From Methanothrix sp. (GTDB taxonomy: Archaea; Halobacteriota; Methanosarcinia; Methanotrichales; Methanotrichaceae), in contig OY821645.1 in NCBI GenBank assembly GCA_963682135.1, positions 2,624,001 through 2,688,000 on the forward strand: 64,000 nt of DNA. Reading direction: 5' to 3'. The notes under the pieces were generated by a model. It was given only the letters and a program-made list of their open reading frames with translations. It was not told the DNA's origin and made no database searches. Both the position numbers and the translations under genes were made by a program. Positions 37,893 through 46,301 of the stretch are shown here, piece by piece. How positions within the stretch are numbered: the first letter of the stretch is position 1; each line of letters starts with the position of its first letter.

Positions 37893-38948
37893 TTGACTCA
37901 CGGGTCCAATGCAAGAGTGCGGCAAGGCCCAGGAAAATCTATATCATACAAAACTGCAAAAAAACATGAACTGATGCCAAGAGACTTGTTAACGTTGAAA
38001 GAGAAATCGATTCTCATCACCGGCGGTGCCGGCTTCATCGGCAGCCATCTTCTAGAGGCTCTGCTGGCGGAAAATAGGATAACCGTTCTCGACAACTTCA
38101 GCTCGGGAAAGCGTGAGTTTCTTGCCTTGCACCACAATAATCCCAATTTCCGTCTTATTGAAGCCGACCTGCTTCGCCCCGGTGCTCTGGAAAAGGCCCT
38201 GAACGGAGTGGATCTGGTCTTTCACCTGGCTGCCAATCCGGATGTGAAGCTGGGCGCAGAAAACACCACTGTGCACCTGGAGCAAAATGTGCTGGCCACC
38301 TGCAACCTTCTAGAGGCCATGAGAAAGAGCGGCGTCAAAAGGATAGCCTTTACCTCCACCTCCACAGTTTACGGCGAAGCGACAGAGGTGCCCACACCAG
38401 AAGACTACGGACCGCTTCTGCCTATATCACTCTACGGTGCCTCAAAGCTTTCCTGCGAGGCGCTCATCTCCTCCTACTGCCATACCTTCGATATGCAGTC
38501 CTGGATCTATCGCTTTGCCAATATTGTGGGAGAACGAGGCACGCACGGCGTGCTGGTGGATTTCATCAGAAAGCTGCAGGAAAATCCACGAGAGCTGGAG
38601 ATCCTGGGGTCAGGCAAGCAGAAGAAGTCCTACCTGGAGGTCAGAGACTGCGTGCAGGCCATGCGTCGCTGCGTAGAGCACTCAAACGAGCAGGTCAATG
38701 TCTTCAACGTCGGCACCGAGGACGCGGTGGATGTAACGGAGATTGCAGATATCGTGGCCGGGCAGATGGGCCTCAGAGATGTTTTATATCGCTACACGGG
38801 CGGCGTGGATGGCCGGGGCTGGAAGGGTGATGTCAAGGTTATGCAGCTCTCCATTGAGAAGATCAAGAGACTGGGCTGGTCGCCCCAGGGCGGCTCTGCC
38901 CAGGCTGTCGAAATGGCGGTGAAGGCGTTGCTGAAAAGCATTGAGTGA
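37893..38948 (+). CDS. NAD-dependent epimerase/dehydratase (GalE-like); true start probably later
   Basis: TGGAGFIGS, YGASK, RFANIVG. Confidence 0.9.
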   Translation: MTHGSNARVRQGPGKSISYKTAKKHELMPRDLLTLKEKSILITGGAGFIGSHLLEALLAENRITVLDNFSSGKREFLALHHNNPNFRLIEADLLRPGALEKALNGVDLVFHLAANPDVKLGAENTTVHLEQNVLATCNLLEAMRKSGVKRIAFTSTSTVYGEATEVPTPEDYGPLLPISLYGASKLSCEALISSYCHTFDMQSWIYRFANIVGERGTHGVLVDFIRKLQENPRELEILGSGKQKKSYLEVRDCVQAMRRCVEHSNEQVNVFNVGTEDAVDVTEIADIVAGQMGLRDVLYRYTGGVDGRGWKGDVKVMQLSIEKIKRLGWSPQGGSAQAVEMAVKALLKSIE

Positions 38949-38993
38949 TAACTAATGGAAAAAGGTAAGAGACAAAAATAGTGAGAATGCCCC

Positions 38994-40046
38994 TTACCTT
39001 ATGTTGCTCACCGCCCATTTCGTCTTTTTCCACCAGTCGCCTTCCAGCAGTGTGGCATTGTAGCCCATGAGCCTCAGGCTGTAGAATAGAGAGTAGGCTT
39101 GCGGTGTGCCGTAGACGATGGCCGTCCCTGACTTCTCCAGGCGACGGTCGAAGAGATCTTCCAGCGTGCCGGCATCTTTGACTCGGGAATTTTCATAGAG
39201 CTTATCCTGACTAAGGCAGATCGACTCATTGCCCAGCCTGCTCTGGCCGTATTCGAAAAAGTCCCGTGCATCCAAGACCCGGGCATCAGATAGCTGTAGC
39301 ATGCTCTCCAGGTTGTCGGCGGTCACCAGAAGCCAGGGCTCGATGCGAGCGGTGTAGTTGGATGGCGGGGGAGAGGGCGCATTCATGGTGAAGGCGAGGC
39401 CCGCAGCCTGGGCTGCATCTGCGCCGCCGTCCACCAGGCTCACATTCTCATGCCCCAGGTAATTCAGAGCCCAGAAGACGAAATAAGCACCTTCGCCGGA
39501 GTCTCCGTAGATGAGCAGCCGGTCATTCTCGTTTACTCCGGCCCGCTCCAGCGCACCCTTGGCGAGAGCCGGATCAAGAACTCCGTTTTTCTGCATATCC
39601 TTCCAATACAGGCTTCTCGCCTGGGGAATATGCCCGGAGAGATAATCAGCTTCTGGCCTTACATCCAGAATAACCTGATCGCTTGCAACTTGATCGCTCT
39701 TGATTGATGAGGGGCTGGTGATGAGATCGGGCTGAGCATAGCTCTTCTGGGGAGGATCGGCCTTCGCATTGGCTGCGGTATTGCTTGTCTGCCCGTTTAT
39801 CTGGACAGCCGTCTGGCTGCCGCCCTGCTGGCTGCTCATTTGGGCCCGCTCATAGGCATCCTTTTTGGCCAGCCAGCCATCCAGATCGGTCCAATCCGGA
39901 CAGGTAGGACAGAACTCGCCGGTCTCTGTGCCGGCCATAGCCGATATTACCAGAAAGTTTTGGAAAAAGACGGCCAGCAGGGAGAATATCAATGCTGCGC
40001 TGCTTGCCTTTCTCAGTTGATTAAATCGGGATAAACTGCCGCCCAT
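38994..40046 (-). CDS. Secreted tandem-rhodanese-like protein
   Basis: Signal peptide, CPTCPDW, ILDVR...Y..GHIP.A, VLDAR...EY. Confidence 0.75.
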   Translation of the reverse strand: MGGSLSRFNQLRKASSAALIFSLLAVFFQNFLVISAMAGTETGEFCPTCPDWTDLDGWLAKKDAYERAQMSSQQGGSQTAVQINGQTSNTAANAKADPPQKSYAQPDLITSPSSIKSDQVASDQVILDVRPEADYLSGHIPQARSLYWKDMQKNGVLDPALAKGALERAGVNENDRLLIYGDSGEGAYFVFWALNYLGHENVSLVDGGADAAQAAGLAFTMNAPSPPPSNYTARIEPWLLVTADNLESMLQLSDARVLDARDFFEYGQSRLGNESICLSQDKLYENSRVKDAGTLEDLFDRRLEKSGTAIVYGTPQAYSLFYSLRLMGYNATLLEGDWWKKTKWAVSNIR

Positions 40047-40110
40047 AATTGAATTCACTCTCAGGATAGGGCACCTTGCCACTATTTCAGGCTTGCTGAG
40101 GAAGGCAAGC

Positions 40111-40163
40111 TATAAATACACCCACCATGTACATCATAGCATCAAAAAGTACTTTGATGTACT
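40111..40163 (+). promoter_or_regulatory. TATA box plus three TRP-box-like hexamers upstream of aroA'
   Basis: TATAAATA 40111-40118; TGTACA 40128, AGTACT 40148, TGTACT 40158, all in a 10-bp register. Confidence 0.5.
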
Positions 40164-40184
40164 ATACAATACATTGAAACTCAA

Positions 40185-41090
40185 GTGGGAAAGTCATACT
40201 CAAAACATACAGAAAAACGGAGATGGACAATTTTGAGAGGATCATCAATTCGCATGGAGAGGATATTCAATCGCAAGACAGGAAACGCAGTTATAATTCC
40301 CATGGACCACGGGGTGACCGTCGGTCCCATCAAGGGCATTAGAAGCGTCAAGGCCATCGCCGATGCCGTGGCCTCCGGCGGTGCGGACGCCGCCATAGTT
40401 CACAAAGGCGCAGCCGTATTCGGCCATCGCGGCTACGGCCGGGATTTGGGACTGATCATCCATATGTCCGCTTCCACGGCTCTGGGGCCCGACCCCAACA
40501 ACAAAGTGCTGGTGGCAACGGTTGAAGAGGCACTCAAGATCGGCGCAGACGGCGTAAGCATCCATGTCAATATCGGTGCAAAAGACGAGAGCCACATGCT
40601 CTCAACACTTGGCGAGGTATCCAGGAACTGTCAAGAATGGGGCATGCCGCTCCTGGCCATGATGTATCCGCGGGGAAAAAAGATCAAAGACGAATACTCA
40701 GAGGAGTACATCGCTCATGCAGCAAGGGTAGGAGCAGAACTTGGCGCGGATATTATCAAGACCAACTACACCGGAGACCAGGACAGCTTCGCTCGCGTGG
40801 TTGAATGCTGCCCCGTTCCGGTGGTCATTGCTGGCGGACCGAGGGTGGAGTCGGAGCTGGACTTGCTCAAAATGGTCGAAGGAGCAATAGCGGCTGGAGC
40901 GCGGGGTGTGGCCATCGGCAGGAACGTCTTCCAGCACGATAGTCCCGCTCTCATCACCCGCCGCATCTGCGGGGTGGTGCACGAGGGCCTTCATGCAAAC
41001 GAGGCTGCGCAAATCGCAGCGGCAGACTTAAAAGCAGTTGGGAGGTGCGCCCACGCCGGCAGGCTGGAAAATATTGCCTACAGACAATGA
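40185..41090 (+). CDS. aroA': 2-amino-3,7-dideoxy-D-threo-hept-6-ulosonate synthase (DhnA-type aldolase); start may be near 40233
   Basis: [42 protein letters not shown]. Confidence 0.85.
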   Translation: MGKSYSKHTEKRRWTILRGSSIRMERIFNRKTGNAVIIPMDHGVTVGPIKGIRSVKAIADAVASGGADAAIVHKGAAVFGHRGYGRDLGLIIHMSASTALGPDPNNKVLVATVEEALKIGADGVSIHVNIGAKDESHMLSTLGEVSRNCQEWGMPLLAMMYPRGKKIKDEYSEEYIAHAARVGAELGADIIKTNYTGDQDSFARVVECCPVPVVIAGGPRVESELDLLKMVEGAIAAGARGVAIGRNVFQHDSPALITRRICGVVHEGLHANEAAQIAAADLKAVGRCAHAGRLENIAYRQ

Positions 41091-41150
41091 AATTTATGCC
41101 TTGTGTCTTCAGGCCAGCAGAGATAAAAAGGTACAGTTGCTCTATCTGGA

Positions 41151-42125
41151 TTGATGAAAGCCGCAAGGATCCTCTGCCGATTTATCCTTCTTCTCTTTCT
41201 GCTCCTTCTTTTTCTGCCGACCGGCTTTTCCAGTGGGGTAAGGACCGGCGCAGACGAGGGCCCTCGTCTGCAAATCTCATCGATCCGCGGCAATCTGGAG
41301 GATGGCCAGCCATCCAGCATTTTCGTTGTGCTGCAAAACAATGCTTCGCCCCCCAAAGATGCGGTTGAGCCTGGGTTCAATAAAGAGAGTGCCCGCAATA
41401 TTGTAGCCGAGCTTAAAAGCTCCGATGACAGAATCAGGATCTTCTCAGAGCAGCAGAATGCCGGCCTTCTGGCCGCCGGGGAGAATGTGACTGTGCAGTT
41501 CATGGCCCTGACTGAGGGTGCACCTTTGGGAATTTATCCTCTAAAATTATCTCTCAACTACTCCCGATTAATCCAGGTGACAGACTCGGGGGAGAAGAGC
41601 ATTCCCAATTTTGTCTTTGCTTATGAAAGAGCTTCACAAGAGTTGCCCTTGCAGGCGAAGCTGGTGGCGGGGCCGAAGATCGAGCTGGAAGAATCGGAGA
41701 GCGAGACGCTTCCGGGAATTGAATCGAGCTTGGAAATCTTTTTGGTCAACCGGGGCGACGAGCCTGCACGGGATATTCAGATGCTGGCCCGCCCCATCTC
41801 CCCGTTTCTCATGGTTGAAAACGGCCAGGAGAAAGCAAGCCTTGATCCGGGCGAGAGCGCTCAGTTGAGGCTGTCGGTATTCACGGACGGAAATGCAACC
41901 TCAGGTTACTATGCTTTGCCCTGCCGGATATCCTACCGAGACGCGCAGGATGCACAGACAAGGAACCAGGATCTCGCCTTACTGATTTACGTAGGCCAGG
42001 AATCGTCTTTTCCATGGCTGTACCTGGGGGCTGCGGGATTGATTCTGTTCCTTTTAGCCGGCGGCCTTTTTGGCCTGAGACGGTTCTTGAGCGGCCAAAG
42101 AAGAATCCGAATTGTCAAGAGTTGA
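41151..42125 (+). CDS. COG1361-type S-layer/Ig-fold protein with C-terminal TM
   Basis: Signal peptide, G.YPL.L...Y and N.G...A.D motifs, C-terminal hydrophobic anchor. Confidence 0.7.
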   Translation: MMKAARILCRFILLLFLLLLFLPTGFSSGVRTGADEGPRLQISSIRGNLEDGQPSSIFVVLQNNASPPKDAVEPGFNKESARNIVAELKSSDDRIRIFSEQQNAGLLAAGENVTVQFMALTEGAPLGIYPLKLSLNYSRLIQVTDSGEKSIPNFVFAYERASQELPLQAKLVAGPKIELEESESETLPGIESSLEIFLVNRGDEPARDIQMLARPISPFLMVENGQEKASLDPGESAQLRLSVFTDGNATSGYYALPCRISYRDAQDAQTRNQDLALLIYVGQESSFPWLYLGAAGLILFLLAGGLFGLRRFLSGQRRIRIVKS

Positions 42126-42175
42126 ATGGTCTCGAAAGAATCAAATCCTTGTAGATCTTAAGCCGTCCAGAAGGA

Positions 42176-43759
42176 ATGCTCATGAAGGTTCTTGTCAGTG
42201 ATTCATTGGCCGAAGAAGGCGTAAAGAGGCTTTTATCGGGAGCAGACGTTGATGTCATCACCAATCTATCTCCAGAGGAGCTTATCGAGAAGATAAAGGA
42301 TTATGATGCTCTGGTCATCCGCAGCGGAACCAAGGTCACTGCTGATGTCATTAAAGCCGCAGACCGGCTCAAGGTCGTTGGCAGAGCAGGAGTAGGCATT
42401 GATAATGTGGATGTGGAGGCCGCTACAAAAAGGGGCATCATCGTGCTCAATACTCCGGGAGGAAACACCATCTCTGCCGCCGAGCACACCATCGCCATGA
42501 TGCTGGCCTTGGCTCGAAACATCCCCCAGGCTAATGCAGCGCTGCATAAGGGCGAATGGAACCGCAAGAAATACACCGGCGTTGAGTTCTTTAACAAGAC
42601 TCTAGGCGTGGTGGGCCTTGGCCGGGTAGGAGCGGAAGTGGCGACGCGCATGAAGTCTTTCGGCATGCAAATTCTGGCTTACGATCCCTTTGTTACAGAG
42701 GAGCGGGCCCGTGAGATGGGTATCACCCTGGGTGACTTGGAGACGGTTCTTCGCGGCGGCGACTTCATCACGGTGCATACGCCCCTCACCAACGAGACGA
42801 GAAACCTCATCGACGAGGAGGAGTTCAATATCATGAAACCCGGCGTGCGCATCGTCAACTGCGCTCGTGGCGGGATCATCAACGAAGCCGCTCTGGCCAA
42901 AGCCGTTGCTGACGGAAAGGTGGCAGGTGCCGCCGTAGATGTCTTCACCAAGGAGCCTCCTACCGGAAATCCCATGCTGGATCAAGAGAAGATCATCGTC
43001 ACTCCTCATCTGGGAGCCTCGACTGCCGAGGCGCAGGTCAATGTGGCCCTGGCTGTGGCGGATCAGATTCTGGCCATCGCCAGTGGGGGTCTACCCACCA
43101 ATGCCATCAACATGCCGGCTATATCTCCCGAGACTCTGGCCGTCATGGAGCCGTTCATGAAATTGGCAGAGAAGATGGGCGCATTGCTCGGTCAGCTTGT
43201 AGGAACCGGCTTTGAGGCTCTGGAGCTGATTTACAGCGGAACATTGGCCGAGAAGGACACCAGGCCGGTTACCATATCCGCTATCATCGGTCTGCTCGGC
43301 TGCCTCATGGGAGATGGCTCAGTCAACTTCGTCAATGCTCAGAGGACGCTTAAGGAGATGGGCGTCAAGCTCCTGGAGAGCAAGACTGAATCTGCTAACG
43401 GATACAGCAATTCCATCACCATGAAGCTGACCAAGAACGGTGCGGTGACGGTCGTGCAGGGCACGGTCTCCGGAAACAAGGAGAAGCGAATCGTTCAGCT
43501 CAACGAATACCATACCTACATCCCCACCGAGGGTGATATGGTGCTGGCCATCATCGAGGATCGGCCCAATATCATCGGCCCGTGCTGCGTGGTTCTGGGG
43601 GAGGGTGAGATCAACATCGGCGGAATGCATGTGGGCCGCATAGCTGCGGGCAAACCTCAGCTCATGGTGCTGAGTGTGGATCATCTGGCAACCGATGAGA
43701 TCATGAAGAAGCTATGTGCTGTGCCGGGAGTGACCAGCGCTAAGATGGTAGAGCTGTAG
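42176..43759 (+). CDS. serA: D-3-phosphoglycerate dehydrogenase
   Basis: RAGVGIDNVD, G.GRVG, NCARGG, TPHLGAST.EAQ, C-terminal ACT domain. Confidence 0.96.
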   Translation: MLMKVLVSDSLAEEGVKRLLSGADVDVITNLSPEELIEKIKDYDALVIRSGTKVTADVIKAADRLKVVGRAGVGIDNVDVEAATKRGIIVLNTPGGNTISAAEHTIAMMLALARNIPQANAALHKGEWNRKKYTGVEFFNKTLGVVGLGRVGAEVATRMKSFGMQILAYDPFVTEERAREMGITLGDLETVLRGGDFITVHTPLTNETRNLIDEEEFNIMKPGVRIVNCARGGIINEAALAKAVADGKVAGAAVDVFTKEPPTGNPMLDQEKIIVTPHLGASTAEAQVNVALAVADQILAIASGGLPTNAINMPAISPETLAVMEPFMKLAEKMGALLGQLVGTGFEALELIYSGTLAEKDTRPVTISAIIGLLGCLMGDGSVNFVNAQRTLKEMGVKLLESKTESANGYSNSITMKLTKNGAVTVVQGTVSGNKEKRIVQLNEYHTYIPTEGDMVLAIIEDRPNIIGPCCVVLGEGEINIGGMHVGRIAAGKPQLMVLSVDHLATDEIMKKLCAVPGVTSAKMVEL

Positions 43760-44990
43760 GGCTTCGAAAAAACATTTTTTGGTTCAGGCGGCTAACGAAG
43801 TGACTTCCTCCCCACCCTAAAGGATGGGGCTTCCTGCTTCGACGAACCGGCGCTTGCTTTGGACATAGGCCAAAGCCGGAGGTCGGTTCTCCACAGGCTA
43901 TCCCCCTCAGTCCGAGGGTTCTGATTCCCATGCTTGCATTGAGATCTCTGCAAATTATTAAACCACACCGAGAGCAGATATGCACCCTATCTTTCAGCTT
44001 CTTGGGCACGATCTCACCACATGCGGAACATCTCTGGCTAGTGTTATAGGGATTAACCAATACCACGGTTTTGCCAGCTCTTTCAGCCTTGCTCACCGTG
44101 AAGCGTATTAGCTTTCCCCATGATACATCCTGAATATGCTTTGCCAGACAGTGGTTCTTAAGCATATTCTGGATGCTCAGATCTTCAAATAATATTATGT
44201 CTGCCGAGTTTACCAGTTTCCTTGATACCTGATGCAAAAACTCCTCGCGAAGGTTGGTTACTCTCTTTGCGATCCTGGCTAACTTTGTCTGGGCCTTCTT
44301 CCGGTTATTGGAACCCAACTTCTTGCGGTGCAACGATTTATTGGCAGCCCGATTTTTCTTCTCAGCTTGGACATAGTATTTTGGATAGTCGAAGTACTGA
44401 CCGTCCGAAGTTACGGCTGCATGAGTGATGCCAAGGTCTACACCGATCGCGGTCTTGGGCTTCAGCTTGGTTGGATCCTCAAGCTCGGATGTAAATATGA
44501 CATACCATGCATTTGTCTTATCTCGCTTGATGGAACAGGTTTTGATCCTGCCCACAATCGGTCTATGCACAAAGGTTCTAATGCCGCCGAAGATTTTTGA
44601 GAGTATCAGCCGAGAGCCGTTAAGCTTGAAGCCAGATTGAGGATAAGTAACCGAGCTATAACGGTTAATGGACTTGAACCTGGGGTAGCCTTTTTTTCGA
44701 GCCCCTTCACGAACTCTTCGAAAGAAGTTATCAAAGGATTTCTGAAGCCTCCTCAAGACATCCTGTTCGACCTGAGAATGGACGGCATTGAGGTATGGAT
44801 TAGACTGTTTCTCAAAGACCAGCAAAGCTGCCTGATCTTCGTAAGATCTGGTTACGCCTTCGCGTTCCCAGGCATTTTTGCGATCAGCAAGTGCTTTATT
44901 CCAAAGATGCCTGCAGGTATCCAGCGTTAAGGCCAATTGTGCTTCTTGTAGCCTGTTTGGATATAGCCGGAACTTGTAGGCCGTTTTCAT
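43740..44990 (-). CDS. tnpB: RNA-guided endonuclease TnpB (C-terminally extended)
   Basis: Same motifs as copy 1; CAA at the copy-1 TAA position extends it to 416 aa. Confidence 0.93.
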   Translation of the reverse strand: MKTAYKFRLYPNRLQEAQLALTLDTCRHLWNKALADRKNAWEREGVTRSYEDQAALLVFEKQSNPYLNAVHSQVEQDVLRRLQKSFDNFFRRVREGARKKGYPRFKSINRYSSVTYPQSGFKLNGSRLILSKIFGGIRTFVHRPIVGRIKTCSIKRDKTNAWYVIFTSELEDPTKLKPKTAIGVDLGITHAAVTSDGQYFDYPKYYVQAEKKNRAANKSLHRKKLGSNNRKKAQTKLARIAKRVTNLREEFLHQVSRKLVNSADIILFEDLSIQNMLKNHCLAKHIQDVSWGKLIRFTVSKAERAGKTVVLVNPYNTSQRCSACGEIVPKKLKDRVHICSRCGLIICRDLNASMGIRTLGLRGIACGEPTSGFGLCPKQAPVRRSRKPHPLGWGGSHFVSRLNQKMFFRSPTALPS

Positions 44991-45118
44991 ATTAACTTAA
45001 TATGGTCGCACAATGCTATATTAAGTCAATTAGTGCAGAGCGAAAGTAATCATGACAGGGGTACGATTCATCTCCTGCCTGAAGTCTGGGGTCTTCTCTA
45101 CCCCTGTACCCCAACAAG
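43800..45118 (-). mobile_element. IS200/IS605-family (IS1341-type) element, copy 2, 1319 bp
   Basis: Inverted near-identical copy of 294-1612; TTTAT on minus strand at 45119-45123; ends in TCAC at 43800. Confidence 0.92.
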
Positions 45119-45280
45119 ATAAAACCAGTCGCCTGTTTTCATACTGACGGCATTGCTGACCGCCTGGCAAGACATGCGATTGAACGTCAGTTCATTGTAG
45201 AGATATCTCTGCGGAAAAAAAAACCTATGCAAAAAACTATAAAGTGTAAGGACGAATAATAGCATTAAGGTGAACCAAGA

Positions 45281-45604
45281 ATGAAAGAAGAAGTTTTCTT
45301 TGGCGAAGGCATGGCCAGGACCAAGACCGAATATCCAGACCTCTACAAGGCTATTGTCGGACTGAATGAGGCCGCCTACACCGGCAAAGTCTTGGATTAC
45401 AAGGCCCAGAAGCTGATTGCCATCGGCATCAATGCCGCTGCCTCCGACGATCGGGCCACCAGGAAGCAGATGATAAGCGGCATGAAAGAGCTGGGCATCA
45501 CCAAAGACGAGATTGTGGACGTTCTGAGGGTGGTTCTGCTCACATCCGGAATGCCTCCTTTCACCAAGGGCATGAAGATATTGTATGAAATACTCGAGAA
45601 ATAG
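45281..45604 (+). CDS. Carboxymuconolactone decarboxylase (CMD/AhpD-like) family protein
   Basis: LD.K.Q.LIAIG...GITK.EI..VL...G.P. Confidence 0.75.
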   Translation: MKEEVFFGEGMARTKTEYPDLYKAIVGLNEAAYTGKVLDYKAQKLIAIGINAAASDDRATRKQMISGMKELGITKDEIVDVLRVVLLTSGMPPFTKGMKILYEILEK

Positions 45605-45729
45605 AAATTGGCAGAGAAATCAGGCATTTTCTCATTTTTTTAGGCCGGGCCACAGGCTTGAGGTGCCCTGGCAAAGATACTTGGGGGAGAAGATTTGATG
45701 GGATGTAAACGATAATCAGCATACTACCA

Positions 45730-45765
45730 CCTACTACTATTCCTACTACTATTCCTACTACAATT
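45730..45765. repeat. 12-bp tandem repeat, three copies
   Basis: CCTACTACTATT CCTACTACTATT CCTACTACAATT. Confidence 0.85.
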
Positions 45766-45851
45766 ACCTATATCGCAAAGCGCCTCTCTGGGCGAAAAAG
45801 CCATATCACATTGACTGCAAAGTCGATGACAATTCTCATGGAGGCCCAAGG

Positions 45852-46232
45852 ATGGTTACAGAAAACGAATTCGCCGGAAAGTGGAAAGTCATCGAGGCAG
45901 TGGATATGGATGAAGATTATCTCAATCTGTCTACTGATCCATATCTTCTGATACAGGTTAATGAAAGAGGCGAGGTAACGGGAAGCTATCAGTTTGGCAC
46001 CCAGGAAGGCTACATCGATGGCCGATTCGAGCGGGATGGTGAAAGCCAGAAGCTAATCTTCTCTTTTGAAGGCTGGGACGAGGCAGATCTGGTAAACGGA
46101 TCCGGCACTTTTTGCGTTGAATCTGGGGACACGTTCCTCTTTGCGATTAAATATGAAAATGGCGATACTTTCCGCTTGAGATGCCAAAAAACACTGGAGG
46201 ATCCTCTTACTGGTTCGGACGAACCGACATAA
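45852..46232 (+). CDS. Acidic beta-rich hypothetical protein
   Basis: GGAGG RBS; GKWKV.E...D.DY...Y.FG...G.IDG...FSFEGWDE.D...G.G. Confidence 0.75.
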   Translation: MVTENEFAGKWKVIEAVDMDEDYLNLSTDPYLLIQVNERGEVTGSYQFGTQEGYIDGRFERDGESQKLIFSFEGWDEADLVNGSGTFCVESGDTFLFAIKYENGDTFRLRCQKTLEDPLTGSDEPT

Positions 46233-46301
46233 AATATCTCCGCCGGATATAGCAAATCCTCGAGATTGATCTGATTAGATAGCTTTCAATGGCTCGAAAT
46301 C

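Noticed and set aside
43780-43799. Possibility that TnpB guides target host genes in this window (domesticated regulator)
   Set aside because: RuvC residues are intact and no second TTTAT-adjacent match to either guide was noticed; a genome-wide search was not possible
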